Below, in pieces: positions 13,426-24,745 of a stretch of 64,000 nt of DNA (position 1 is its first letter; every line of letters starts with the position of its first letter). The DNA is from Podarcis cretensis (taxonomy: Eukaryota). Both the position numbers and the translations under genes were made by a program. Location of the stretch: assembly GCA_951804945.1 (NCBI GenBank), contig OX638152.1, positions 78,988,001-79,052,000 of the forward strand, read 5' to 3'. The notes under the pieces are model-generated. The model saw nothing but the letters and a program-made list of their open reading frames with translations, searched no databases and was not told the origin of the DNA.

Positions 13426-13501
13426 CTGACCATTTAAATTGACTTGCTATACTTTGGATATTTTGCACTGCTTACTAATAAGACACTGTAATTTTTAACA
13501 G

Positions 13502-13735
13502 GTTGGAAAAATAAGGAAGACTTCTGCCCGTAAAAGAGAATTCCACGTCCTCTTCATGGTGATCACGACCATCATCTGTTACCTGATTTGCTGGATGCCT
13601 TATGGAGTTATAGCTCTCCTTGCGACATTCGGTAGACCAGGCTTGGTGTCCCCTGTTGCAAGCGTCATACCATCTATTCTGGCAAAGAGCAGCACCGTAT
13701 GCAATCCAATCATCTACATACTTATGAACAAACAG
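13502..13735 (+). CDS. tmtops2: TMT-type opsin coding exon 3 (TM6-TM7, retinal-binding Lys)
   Basis: AG at 13500-13501; GTGAGC donor at 13736; 234 nt, phase 0/0. Encodes VGKIRKTSARKREFHVLFMV...CWMPYG...ILAKSSTVCNPIIYILMNKQ. The K296-equivalent codon AAG is at 13685-13687 and NPxxY is present. Confidence 0.95.
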
Positions 13736-13988
13736 GTGAGCATTACAGTTAAAGCGAGCTATCTTATGTAAACGGAAAATGACTTCTGTGCTCCCAAAGT
13801 AATATTCCTTTGTTTGAGGACTACTTACATTAAGAGTTATTAGCATCTGAAACAGAAAACCCAAAATGGAGGACTTTCCCCCCAAGGCAAGGTAAATAAT
13901 TTCCACCTTTGCTGGTGCTCAACAATTTGCTGTTTTATTCTGTGGCTGCCTCGCTCTACCTAATGGGATAGACTTTTGAGTAGTTATG

Positions 13989-14396
13989 TGTGATGGGACA
14001 ATGAGCTACTTGTGCGTAAAAGGGTTAGTCCCTCGGAGTTTGCTTAACGTAGCAAAGCTCTGCCTTGAGCGGAGCCCTTGGACATGGCTCCGTCAGTCAC
14101 TGGTAGAATCCGACAGTGGGCGCTTGCGGAAACGTTTCCAGCATAAAAGCTGCTTGACGGAAACGCGTCTCCTAGATTCCCTGCGTGACAGCTTCCGGCG
14201 AGGGGTGGGGGTCGCTAAAGGGGGCCTTGATACCTCCTCACTGTTCTCACTGGAAGTGTCCCAGAGCCTCCCCTCCGACTTCCTGTCCCTGGAAGCTCCT
14301 GCTCCCCCCCTACTGGTTCCCTCTTCTGCTGCTGAATCTCTTCTATCCTCCCGGAGCCCTTCCACCACCTGTTCTTCCGATGGCAGTTCCCTGACA
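13989..14396 (-). mobile_element. Solo LTR (408 bp), TGTCAGGG-ended family, probably Gypsy-like
   Basis: TG...CCCTGACA termini and 5-bp TSD TTATG (13984-13988, 14397-14401); CpG-rich. The minus-strand start TGTCAGGGAACTG resembles the 27897 element. Confidence 0.78.
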
Positions 14397-14712
14397 TTAT
14401 GCATAGGATTGCACAGTTAATAGATTAAAACTCACAGGACAACCAAGATTACTTTAGTTGGGCGATAAGCTCAATAGTTATTTTGACTAGTAAATAATAG
14501 CAGTTTGGGAGTGGCGCTTTGGGGGGTGGAATGAGGGCGTGGGCTGGCCCCCTTGTGCTAAAATTATGGTTCTAATGGGGGGGGTTAACTTGGGTGGGTA
14601 TTGTTTTATTTTGGAGGTGATGTTCTTTGTTTTCAAATATTATATCTTAATATGCATTTTGTATTTGTGGTCTGGGATACTGTTTAGGGGCTTTTGTTGG
14701 GGAATGTATTTA

Positions 14713-14942
14713 CAGTGGAACCTTGGTTGTCGAGCGTCTCAGAAGCCGAATAAATCGGAACCCGAACACCAAAAACCCGGAAGTAATTGTTTCCATTTTC
14801 AAACATGTCTTGGAAGTCAAATGGCTCCCAAGGTGCATTTTTCATTTTTTCCCATTGACTTTGCAGCCAGCCCATTTTCAAATGTTTCAAGAGTCAAACG
14901 GTCTTCTGGAACAGATTATGTTCAAAAACCAAGGTTCCACTG
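14713..14942. mobile_element. Tc1/mariner-type MITE, CAGTGG family
   Basis: TA|CAGTGGAACCTTGGTT...AACCAAGGTTCCACTG|TA. Confidence 0.87.
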
Positions 14943-14964
14943 TATTAGTTCGTATACATTAGTA

Positions 14965-15206
14965 CAGTGGTACCACGGGTTAAGTACTTAATTCGTTCCG
15001 GAGGTTCGTACTTAACCTGAAACCGTTCTTAACCTGAAGCACCACTTTAGCTAATGGGGCCTCCCGCTGCTGCTGCGCCGCCGGAGCACGATTTCTGTTC
15101 TCATCCTGAAGCAAAGTTCTTAACCTGAAGCACTATTTCTGGGTTAGCGGAGTCTGTAACCTGAAGAGTATGTAACCTGAAGCGTATGTAACCCGAGGTA
15201 CCACTG
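14965..15206. mobile_element. Tc1/mariner-type MITE, CAGTGGTACC family
   Basis: TA|CAGTGGTACCACGGGTTA...TAACCCGAGGTACCACTG with internal TAACCTGAAG repeats; sister copies at 15417 and 32942. Confidence 0.87.
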
Positions 15207-15416
15207 TTGTTTTCATAATGTATTTTGTACTTCCAACATTGTAACTTTTATGTTGTAAACCACCCTGAGACCTAATAACGATTCATTGCCTTTAGAAGAG
15301 GCAACCTGATGAATTTCTTTAAAGGTAGATAGAGAACATTTGTTTTGTTTTGTTATTGCTTTCCTAGATTAATTTCGAACATAAAATTATGAAAACAACT
15401 AAAACAGTTAACAATA

Positions 15417-15570
15417 CAGCGGTACCTCGGGTTACATACGCTTCAGGTTACATACTGTCAGGGGCCCTGACACATACGCTTCAGGTTACAGACTCCGCTA
15501 ACCCAGAAATAGTGCTTCAGGTTAAGAACTTTGCTTCAGGATGAGAACAGAAATCGTGCTCCGGCAGCAC
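15417..15570. mobile_element. Truncated, inverted copy of the 14965 MITE carrying a 17-bp insertion
   Basis: Reverse complement of about 15075-15206, plus TGTCAGGGGCCCTGACA flanked by CATAC. Confidence 0.82.
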
Positions 15571-17507
15571 AAAAGTGTTAGGGGTGGAATCTTACGGTGG
15601 GACCGTATCTTGATAAGCATGTGTCATGGGCGAGAATGGCAATCTCAGTATCATCCTGTGTGTCTTGGCAATTCTGGGAGAAATTGTAGTAGCAACCTGC
15701 TCAAGTGCACTGTTTCCCTCAGTGAGCAAGGGACAACTTCTTGGCCCTTGAAAATGAGGGCTGTGGTGAGGTGATGTAGCTACGAGAAGCAACTCACCAG
15801 GTGTGGTGGAGGTCCTGTGTTAGCTTCCCTGCAGGTGGGGTTCTGTTCCTCACTGGTAGGGAGATGGGCGAGGCGGTGGGAGGTCTGCGCAGTGCAAACC
15901 TCCCTTTTCCTGATCCAGAGCTACTGACGGAGTTTCTAAGATAACTCCCACAGGCCAACGCTGCAGCTTCTCCCACTAATATATTAAGATATCGCAACAC
16001 TGTCAGAGTTGTCAGGCATGTAATATATGTTGTGCTCATCTCTCTGAATCACCTCTTTTCACACCACGGGGGTTTCCACAATAGGAAATTCATCTTTGTC
16101 ATCATAACTGCTTGTACTGACTTTCGGAAACTTGGAAAAATGCCTCTTCGTAGACCCATGCTTGTTGTTTTCCCTGAACATCTTGAAAGTCTCTTGTGTC
16201 ATTCTCCCTGCCCGAGAGCAAAAGCATTGAATTCACCATTTGCAGATTAGGGATACATTGTGATTTTAAATAATATACCTTCAGAAAATTAGGTACATGT
16301 CAGCATGTCACATGCTTAAACAGGCAAGATCTAATTTGCCAGTGGAAAAGTGTCATCCTTGAATGGTGCTCTCTTGTGACTCTTTGTAGAAATATTCTTG
16401 GTTCTCGTGGGAATGCCTCTTAAAAGCATTTTCATGTTTGGATCTAGGATCCTTGAGGAAACCTAGGATTCCTCCAAGTGAGTTTCTTTCTAGATCTATT
16501 TCTGTATTTGTGGTGAGACTGGGCTCACCCAGCAATGTTACAACACAACAGACCATGTCCTCAGCTCCAGCCCAATGCTGAGACCTTGAACCCACACCTG
16601 TGAACTCTTGCCTCAGTACAATGGCTCATATGAGTGCGCTGTTAGATATTTCTATCACACTGTTCCTACAGAATTCAGTTAAGTTATATTTAAATCTATA
16701 TACTGGAAAGATCTAACGAACATCATTTTGGGGGGTATTGTTTCGTTCGTTACGTTATGTATTTTTGTGTTTTTATGCTATGAATCCTGAGATGAAGGGC
16801 ATTCTACAAACTGAATAAATAATAATAATTTTAAAAATAGCTACCTCACTTCCGGTTCTAAAATGTTAGAATTTCAACACAGCATGTTAGGATTTTATAA
16901 ACGTTAGAGGAGGTTTTTACTCAAGACATCTTACCGCTAATGTAAAAAGGATAGAAAATAACAATAGAAACCTAAAGTCTTATTCAAGATGGCAGGTTGT
17001 AGAGAAATTATCCAATCATCATAATTCTTTTTAAAAATGTGAACAGTTAGCTGAAAAGATGTGGCAGTATGGTGGTAGAAACCTGCTGAAATGTACTATA
17101 TTCTCATTTCCTCTCTCCCTTTCATTTGTCTTGCAAGTATATTTTGAAAATGGGATGTAGACTTCCAAGAGCTGTTGGTAAGAATAATTCTTCTGTCAGA
17201 GTCAGATAATCAAGGAAAAGAATGCTTCACTACCTCATATATTATTTAAAGCAGTAGCCACTGTGATCTCATCTCTTTTTCATTATTATGTAATATTTAC
17301 ATATCTTTGGAGTCTGCACAATAAGTTCACACTAACGAGCCAAGACAACTTTCCACCAAGAAGAATACAATAAAAAAACTAGTAAGGGCTAGAGGGCGAA
17401 AGGAGGAGTGAGAGATACAACAAAAAAGGTTGCATAATTCATCCTTTCATAGTCATCTTCTTCACCATCATCTTCACCCATTTTAGCTGTAAGATCCCCT
17501 CCCTTTA

Positions 17508-18006
17508 CAGTGCTACCTTGGTTCTCAGACTCCTTGATACTCAAACAACTTGGAACCCAAACACTGCAAACCCGGAAGTAAGTGTTCCACTTTGCGAACT
17601 CTTTTTGGAAGCTGAACATGCTCTGTTTTGAGTGTTATGCTTCCGATTTGAGTGCCACATTTCCGATTTGAGTGTTACGCTGAGGTCTGTCTGTTTTTGC
17701 TATTTATTTTGCATTTGGGTAGCTCTTTTTTGTTTTGTTTTTGTGACTGCGTGGAACCCAGTTCAGCTACTGATTGATTGTGTGACTGCAGTACATTGTT
17801 TATTGCTTTCATTTTATGGATCAGTGGTCTTGCTAGATAGTAAAATTCATGTTAAATTGCAGTTTTAGGGGTTGTTTTTGAAAGTCTGGAACGAATTAAT
17901 CTATTTTGCATTACTTTCTATGGGAAAGTGCGCCTTGGTTTTAGAATGCTTTGGTTTTGGAACGGACTTCTGGAATGGATTAAGTTTGAGAACCAAGATA
18001 CCACTG
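17508..18006. mobile_element. Tc1/mariner (Tigger-like) non-autonomous element
   Basis: TA|CAGTGCTACCTTGGTTCTCA...TGAGAACCAAGATACCACTG|TA. Confidence 0.87.
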
Positions 18007-18099
18007 TATATATAAGGGTGCAATATGTATTTCTGTACAGCTACAGAGGAAAAGTACATTTTCTCCAGTCCATTCAGGCCACTAACTGCAAGGTGTAGG

Positions 18100-18345
18100 A
18101 CTCTCATTCTGGATTGGGATCTCTGGAAGCCATTTGGATTCATTAAGTGGTGGGAAAGACCATTTGAATTGGTTCCCACCTCCCTGTGGAGAAGAAGGGT
18201 CACAGAGAAGTCTAGTTGCATCAGGAAGTGATCTGACCATGGCACTTCTTTTGTTCTACTGGAACTTTGTCTCAGGTCACCCATGTCTGCAGAGGTAAAC
18301 ACCAAATCTAAGGCATGTCTACGACTATGATGAGTAGGGCCAGAT
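18100..18345 (-). mobile_element. LINE (L2/CR1 clade) endonuclease-domain fragment
   Basis: GPTH...HALDLVFTS...VPWSDHFL matches the APE endonuclease C-terminal LD...SDH motifs. Confidence 0.7.
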
Positions 18346-20444
18346 TTAAGAAACAATGAAAATACAATTTGAAAAACCACACGGTGCAGCACAGCACGTT
18401 ACAATTGCTACAACAGACAAAAAAGAATGATAATAATTTAAGTTGTGCGTCAAGATCCTCAGCAATTTTCAAGTGATCTATTGGAGGAAAAACATTTGGC
18501 AACCACTGGCCTGGATTGAAAGCATGATTGAGTCATAATGAGCTATAATAGAAGTTTCAATTAATCTGACCGTGACAATTTTTATAAAACTACCAAGGCT
18601 GTAAAATGTGATGGCTTTAATAGTCTGTGGAATTAATTTTTTAAAAGTTTGGCATTTCATATTTCTCAATGCTGCTATTCTCAATTGATGCCTGTCATTG
18701 TAATTTAAAATTATATTCTGTATTTTTAATGTTATTTTTCATTTTGTATATAGTGTGACAGCCTGTGGCTAAGTCACTATTTAATAACCCAATTAGCTGC
18801 TTCCCACAGCCTACAGGCTTTATGACTCTTTTCTAGCACACTTATAATTTTATTCCTTTTCCATCTCCAAGACGTGTAAAACTGATTCTGAAAGCACAGT
18901 AATTGACATTAAAACACACAGATGTGTGTAATAGTTATGCAAGAACACTCACAGGATGGCTGTACTTGTTACATCCTTCCTACACAAACTGTTCTTTCAA
19001 CATTATCATCCAAGGAGATTTACATTCTAACCGTTCAAGATGAATCTCAAGGTAATGGCAGGACTAAAAATGTGTGAAGTCTTTAAAAACTTTTAGGAGT
19101 CTTTGCCTGTTTATCTTCCAAATTTGTGCTGACATGAGAACAGACTACTTTCCCCCCATGCAAACATTACCTCTGAAGCAGCTTACTATCATTCCCAAAA
19201 CAACAATAAATAGTCCTGCATACTCCCTTCCCACCCACAACTCAGGGAAATCCATCATCAAAAGAGAGGAACAAGGAAAACATTGCTTTGTGTATACTAA
19301 CTCATATTTATAGATTCAGAATTAGAAATTACTGTTATAATTTAAATAGGAATACCACACTCTGATCATAGTGAAGAAAACTGTGGCCAGGTGATGTGTC
19401 CCTGCTCAGTGTGCGATACTGATGCTACAAATAAATATATTATAATAATAAATGTTCATGGGGAACAGTTCTCAAGGTCCCTGCCCTCCTCTATTTCTCT
19501 CCCACCCTCTCTCTTACACACGGAATCGTAGAATTAGAGTGTTGGAATGAACCTTACTTTCTCTTATAGAAACAGTATTCTAATCTTGTTTATCAAACGC
19601 TGCCATTAATAAATGCATTTCCAATTGAAGCTGGATGTTGAAATGATGACTTGAAGATTGGCCTATGGGCATATGTCATTCTGTATCCATCAATCATAAT
19701 TTGCTTGGCTAAATAATTCTGACATAGTATTGTTGGATAAGGAGCTAGGTGAAGTGCTCTCTTTCAAGCTGTATGTTAGAAGTCCTTGGGTCTGCCAACA
19801 ATTACTTAGGGACATTTTTCAAGGAAACTTTGCCTTAGTTAGGAGGACCTTCCGCCCTGGGATATGCTACTTTTCATTAGAGCACAGAAGTTAAGTTTAA
19901 AGTTAGCTTGTCACAATGTTTGATCTGATTGATCGTATTTCTATGGCACTTTTGATTCAAACGAATCTCAATGCAGCTTACAAACAATAAATAATACAAA
20001 ACGATAAAACGTAACAGAGCATCACAAATACAGCATAATGTCTGTTGCATGCGTAATGAAAACATTAGGAATCCACTTTATTATCAAATTAACTGCTGGT
20101 ATAATGGCTATAAATGTATCTGGAGGTTTGCAAGCCACCCTGAGTGTGCCTACGCATCAAAGGACAAGATATAAATTATGGAAACAAACACAATTATTTA
20201 TTCTATTGCTCACTTCTGAAGCTATCCTTAATTATATAGAAAAATGTCTAGGATGTCACTAGAGGCCCCTGGCAATCATATCTAGCCCGTCTGGGAGCAG
20301 AACCAGTTTTAACCATCAGGCAGCTGCCTAGGGTGGCAGAATTTTAGGGGCAGCAAAATTAGTAGGGGAGTAGAATTTGAAAGGCGGCAAATGATGACCG
20401 TGTTGGAAGCAAGAGCCAGCAGCTGCCATTCCCAGTAGTCTTCA

Positions 20445-20778
20445 TTGTGAGTCGAGGACCCGCCACCCGCTTTGAGATAAATAAGACACAGGGACACATG
20501 TATTTAGGTTAATGGGCTAAAGAAGACCACAACTTTATTGGTTACAGCATGTGAGTGGCATTGGCTTAGGCATTGGATCAAACAATCTATACATGACTCC
20601 ACCCCGGGCAGCGGGGAGTCATCCTAAGGTTAACAACCAGTGGGAGGAGCTTGTTGGTGCAAATACACCTGGAAGCTTCCCCTGATGTCACCGGGGGTTG
20701 TGCCATGGCCCTAGCCACCAGCAGGGCATTGTACAGGATCCACGACCGCTGGATTCCTTTAGCGGAATACCCAAACAA
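20445..20778 (-). mobile_element. Retroelement terminal-repeat fragment, homologous to about 47725-48025
   Basis: The reverse complement matches the other copy (GATCCAATGCCTAAGCCAAT...AATAAAGTTGTGG...CCCATTAACCT...GGTCCTCGA). Family unassigned (DIRS/Ngaro-like or LTR). Confidence 0.65.
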
Positions 20779-22532
20779 GGGGATTATTGGGAGTGTGGGA
20801 CCGCTGCATCCACATTATCCTTAGGGGGGGAAAAACCTCCCTAGTGAGTTTTGTTGGGGAATAGAGAGAGAGCACAGAGCTCTCCTCAGAGCTTCCCCAT
20901 CTTGGGAGGCCCTTTTGAGGTCCCAAATATCACAGAGACTGCCTCCTTCCCATCAGACTAGCTCAAGTGCTCAGATTGGGGCCCTTTGGGTAGTGTCTCT
21001 ACCCTCAGAGGCTTGGGGGAGGGGTGGCGGTCCAGGAGAGGGCATTCCATGGCAACCCCTAAGCTGTGGAACTCCATCTTCACAGAGGTGTATCTGGCTT
21101 CTGAAGGAAGGTGCTGAAGATGCACCTCTTTGGACACTTTGGGTATATACTGTTAGGACCCGCCTTATTTTTTATGGTTACAAGTTGTTCTGTTGTTGTT
21201 AACATTGTGTTTTAATGATGGGACCTTTGGGTGAAGGGCAGGCAACAAATCAATAAAGTGTTGGCTAAATTGTTGGAAGCAGAAGTGTGGAAACATTTGG
21301 CATAGATGCAGTCCAGACACACCCTTCATAGATTCTCTCTTAAAAGCAGTGAATGGAGAACTTCCAGATGTTCTTGGACTTCCAACTTCCGTTTTTGCCA
21401 GCCAGCATTAATGGTGGGTCAGGGATGGTGGGTGGGATTGTCCCAAGAGCATCTTGAGGGCTACAGGGTTCCCACCACGATCTCAAACACATGGCGTTGA
21501 CTTAAAATTGTGCATTCATGAATTACTGCTTCTGACATTCAACACAGACGGAATTATAAGTTCACAAACAGAAATGATAAATCAGGAGTTGACTAATAGC
21601 GATTTGTTGGGCATCAGATTTGTTGATGAAACCCGCATGCAAGTGTGAAGTCTGCAAAGCTGGACTATTAGGACCTTGTACAATCACAAAGTTGACTATG
21701 GATTCGACTTAGGTATTCTAATTGGGTTCAGCCTAGGTATTCTTAATGTTTGATGACAAACGAATGGATTGAAGACCTTTTGCAGAGCCATTCAGATCTC
21801 AGAAAAAGTGACTGGGGCTACAGGTTGTACGACTGGCATTTAAAAAGCTTGTGCCCCTTCAAATTAACCTTTGTACTACAGCTCCTACTGAAAAGAGTAC
21901 TGTAGAACAACCAGTCAGTTGCATGTACTCGGAAATAAAATGTAGACATTTACATTTAGCGCAACATGAAAAGTAGAAGCTATGGCCTTTATCTTTTTAA
22001 AGACCATGTAAAAATTATTGGGAGGCGGGGAATGGCTTTCCTTGTAATTTTAAGCATGTGTGTGTTATCCATTCTGAATAGCTTGGTGGCAGGATAATGT
22101 CCATGTATTATTTAAGGCCATGGAAGTAGAGATTATAAGATGTTAAGAGCTGTGAAGGCAGAGTGAGTGAGATGATGCTCATCCAATAAGCCTAGATCAT
22201 TTAGGTCTCTACTGAGGGAAATGGTGTTCCTTTACCCATTTGGACTTGACTTCTACTCCAGAAAGGTCTTTTTGAGGAGCACAAGATCTGGTACACTTTA
22301 TCCATGCCTTTTGAGCACACCAGGTAGCTGTAAAGTCTTGCGATGCCAACAGTCTTTAGGAAACCTTTAAGGCTAGCTTGTGGAAGCCTTCTTAGACACA
22401 GAGCTTCCTTTGCGAGGTCTGCGAATTAGTAGTTTTTTAAAAATTCAGTATGCCTTAGCAGTTATAGATCTTTTTGGCTCACACTTGCCTTTCCCCCCGT
22501 TCTGTAACTTGTGGCAGGAGGGAATCAAATTA

Positions 22533-22948
22533 CCGTATTTTTCGCCCTATAGGATGCACTTTTCCCCCTCCAAAAATGAAGGGGAAATGTGTGTGCGTCC
22601 TATGGGGTGAATACAGGCTTCAGGAAGCTCTGCGCAACCCTCGGGAGCCCGGCGCCAAGCCGCGCCGGGCTCCCAAAGGTTGCGCAGAGCTGCCTGCATT
22701 CCGAAGCCTCGAGCGCTCTTCAGCGCGCCCGGGCTTCGCGCACCTCTCCACAAGCCTGGGGAGACCGGCGCGGCTCCCTAGGCTTGCGGATAGCAGGCTG
22801 TTCTGGGGGCTGGGGTCGGGGGAAGCTCGGGCTTCCCCCGCGCCAGCCCCGTGCCTGGGGGAAAAATAATTCCCCCCCCTTTATTTCCATCCCCCAAAAA
22901 CTAGGTGCGTCCTATAGGGCAGTGTGTCCTATGGGGCGAAAAATACGG
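22533..22948. mobile_element. Tc1/mariner-type MITE, CCGTATTTTTCGCC family with GC-rich core
   Basis: TA|CCGTATTTTTCGCCCTATAGGA...TCCTATGGGGCGAAAAATACGG|TA; same family as 37368-37976, in inverted orientation. Confidence 0.9.
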
Positions 22949-23034
22949 TAGGTCTCAGGGCTAGGTCACTTCTCACAAGGCTATTCATCAAAAGTAGCTT
23001 GGAGACTAATACCTAGCTTATTTTCGGAATGTAT

Positions 23035-23110
23035 AAGCGAGATGAGTGCCGCAACCCCAGAGTCGGTCACGACTGGACCTAATGGTCAGGGGTCCCTTTA
23101 TCTTTACCTA
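23035..23110 (+). mobile_element. Sauria SINE 3' fragment
   Basis: AAGCGAGATGAGTGCCGCAACCCCAGAGTCGGTCACGACTGGACCTAATGGTCAGGGGTCCCTTTA..TTTACCT matches the 3' end of the full copies. Confidence 0.85.
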
Positions 23111-23222
23111 CAAGTTAGTTCCTTAATGGCAACATTTGTTTTGTAAGATACACATTTTAATCCCCTCATGTTAAATAATGAGAGACTGAGGCATCCAATC
23201 AAATAAAAACAAACAAACAAAC

Positions 23223-23228
23223 TTTATT
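23223..23228 (-). terminator. Candidate ST6GAL2 polyadenylation signal AATAAA
   Basis: The minus strand reads TGTAAATAAAGTTTGTTTGTTTGTTTTTATTTG, with several upstream TGTA motifs. Confidence 0.55.
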
Positions 23229-24499
23229 TACAAGAAAAATCTGTACACTGTGCATACATAAAAATATATAAAACCAAAATAGAAAATACAAAAGTGTTAA
23301 AATGTATACAAACACTGTTTTTAAAAATGCGACTCCTGGAAAATCTCAAGCTTTCGTTTCTTGAAGAGTGCACATTCACTTAAAAAATTATCATACAAAA
23401 TAATTCTCAAGGCTATTTAAAAAGTACACAGTCTTCTATTTGAGTAGCTCGGTGACTACAGCTTTAGAAAATGAGATGATATGTGTGAATATAAGGCATG
23501 TACACAGCTGGCCATGTAACAACAGAGGTTCAAATTATGTTGCCATGTTACAGAGTGGAAACCTGCGATATAAAAATGCATTTTATTTTTATTTACTTTA
23601 TTCAATTCATACACCACCTTTCATCACAAAGATCTCAGGGCGGTTATTTAAATAAACCTTCAACAGACATGAGGTACTTATATAAACAGTTAATCCAGAT
23701 GTTCTCTTTGCACAGAAAGCTGCAGTTTTATGGCTGCAAATGTCTCTATATGAGATTTTAAAATTCGTTGAAATGTGCCTGTAATTTCATGCCATTTTCA
23801 GTATTTTATCTTCAAATTGCAAAGTATAAGGAATGGAGGGAAAGAGGTTGGTTCCTTTTTAAAAATAAATAAATAAATACAGTCATCATCATTTATTTTT
23901 ATATCCCATCCTTCCTTCTATAGGTGCACTTGATCTTTACTCCAAATTTGCATGCCATGTAAGCAGCTGAACTTTCAAATAATTTAAGAAGAAAATGCGA
24001 AAGCCCAGTCACAACCTTGTCTGTCTTCAATTTCAGCACATGTAAAACTACCCTAGTATGGTTTGTGTGTGAGAGAGAAAGAAAGATGGGGACCTTGTTA
24101 AGAAAATTATGGATTGCAATCTGTCCAAGACAAGGCACTCTGAAATGAAGTCAGAGTTGAATTTAGGGATAGAAAAACCTCGTTGAACAAAATCAAAAGA
24201 ACAACAACTAGCTAGATTTTTTTTCAAGTACTAAGAATTATTTAGCGCAATATTTTCAAAAACCTCCATTTATATTTAATGATCCACTTTAGAAAGGGTG
24301 ATTTTTAACAAGTGTGGAGCATTTTGCAGCTTTCATTACTAACACTTCAAATATTTTTGCATGATGAGCGTAACACCCATAAATGTTTCCTCTGACTTAG
24401 GGATAAGAGCTCACACCGCCACAGGGCCTACTCAACGGCAATAGGGTGTCACAATTTAAGTATTTTGTCTAGTGTGGGGGTGGGCAGAGCTGTTGTGGC

Positions 24500-24745
24500 C
24501 ATACCCTAACCAAGCCTACTCAGAAGTAAGTCCTAGTGAATTCAATGGGGCTTACTCCAAGTTAAGTGGGGTTAGGATTGCTATTTACACAATTCAGTGG
24601 AAACTAGGCACTTCCCATCTCCCAACTAGCCGTGCGATTGCCACAAGGCTAATTGACAGAACTATCCTATATCTACTTGAAAGTAAGCCTTGCTGAGTTT
24701 AATGGGGCTTACTCCCAGGTGCCATGTGAGGGTTGCAGTCTTATA
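24500..24745. repeat. Two copies of a short palindromic squamate repeat (AGTAAGCCC...AATGGGGCTTACT...AGGATTGC); others at about 6405, 7330, 8360 and 12800
   Basis: A recurrent ~90-bp imperfect hairpin motif found at least six times in the window. Confidence 0.65.

Noticed and set aside
13475-13906. 143-aa antisense ORF over opsin exon 3
   Set aside because: It is the shadow frame of a coding exon and has no recognisable homology.
20281-20301. 21-bp near-identical motif also at about 59944 (TCTA.CCCGTCTGGGAGCAGA)
   Set aside because: It is most simply a fragment of an interspersed repeat, with no further support for a function.
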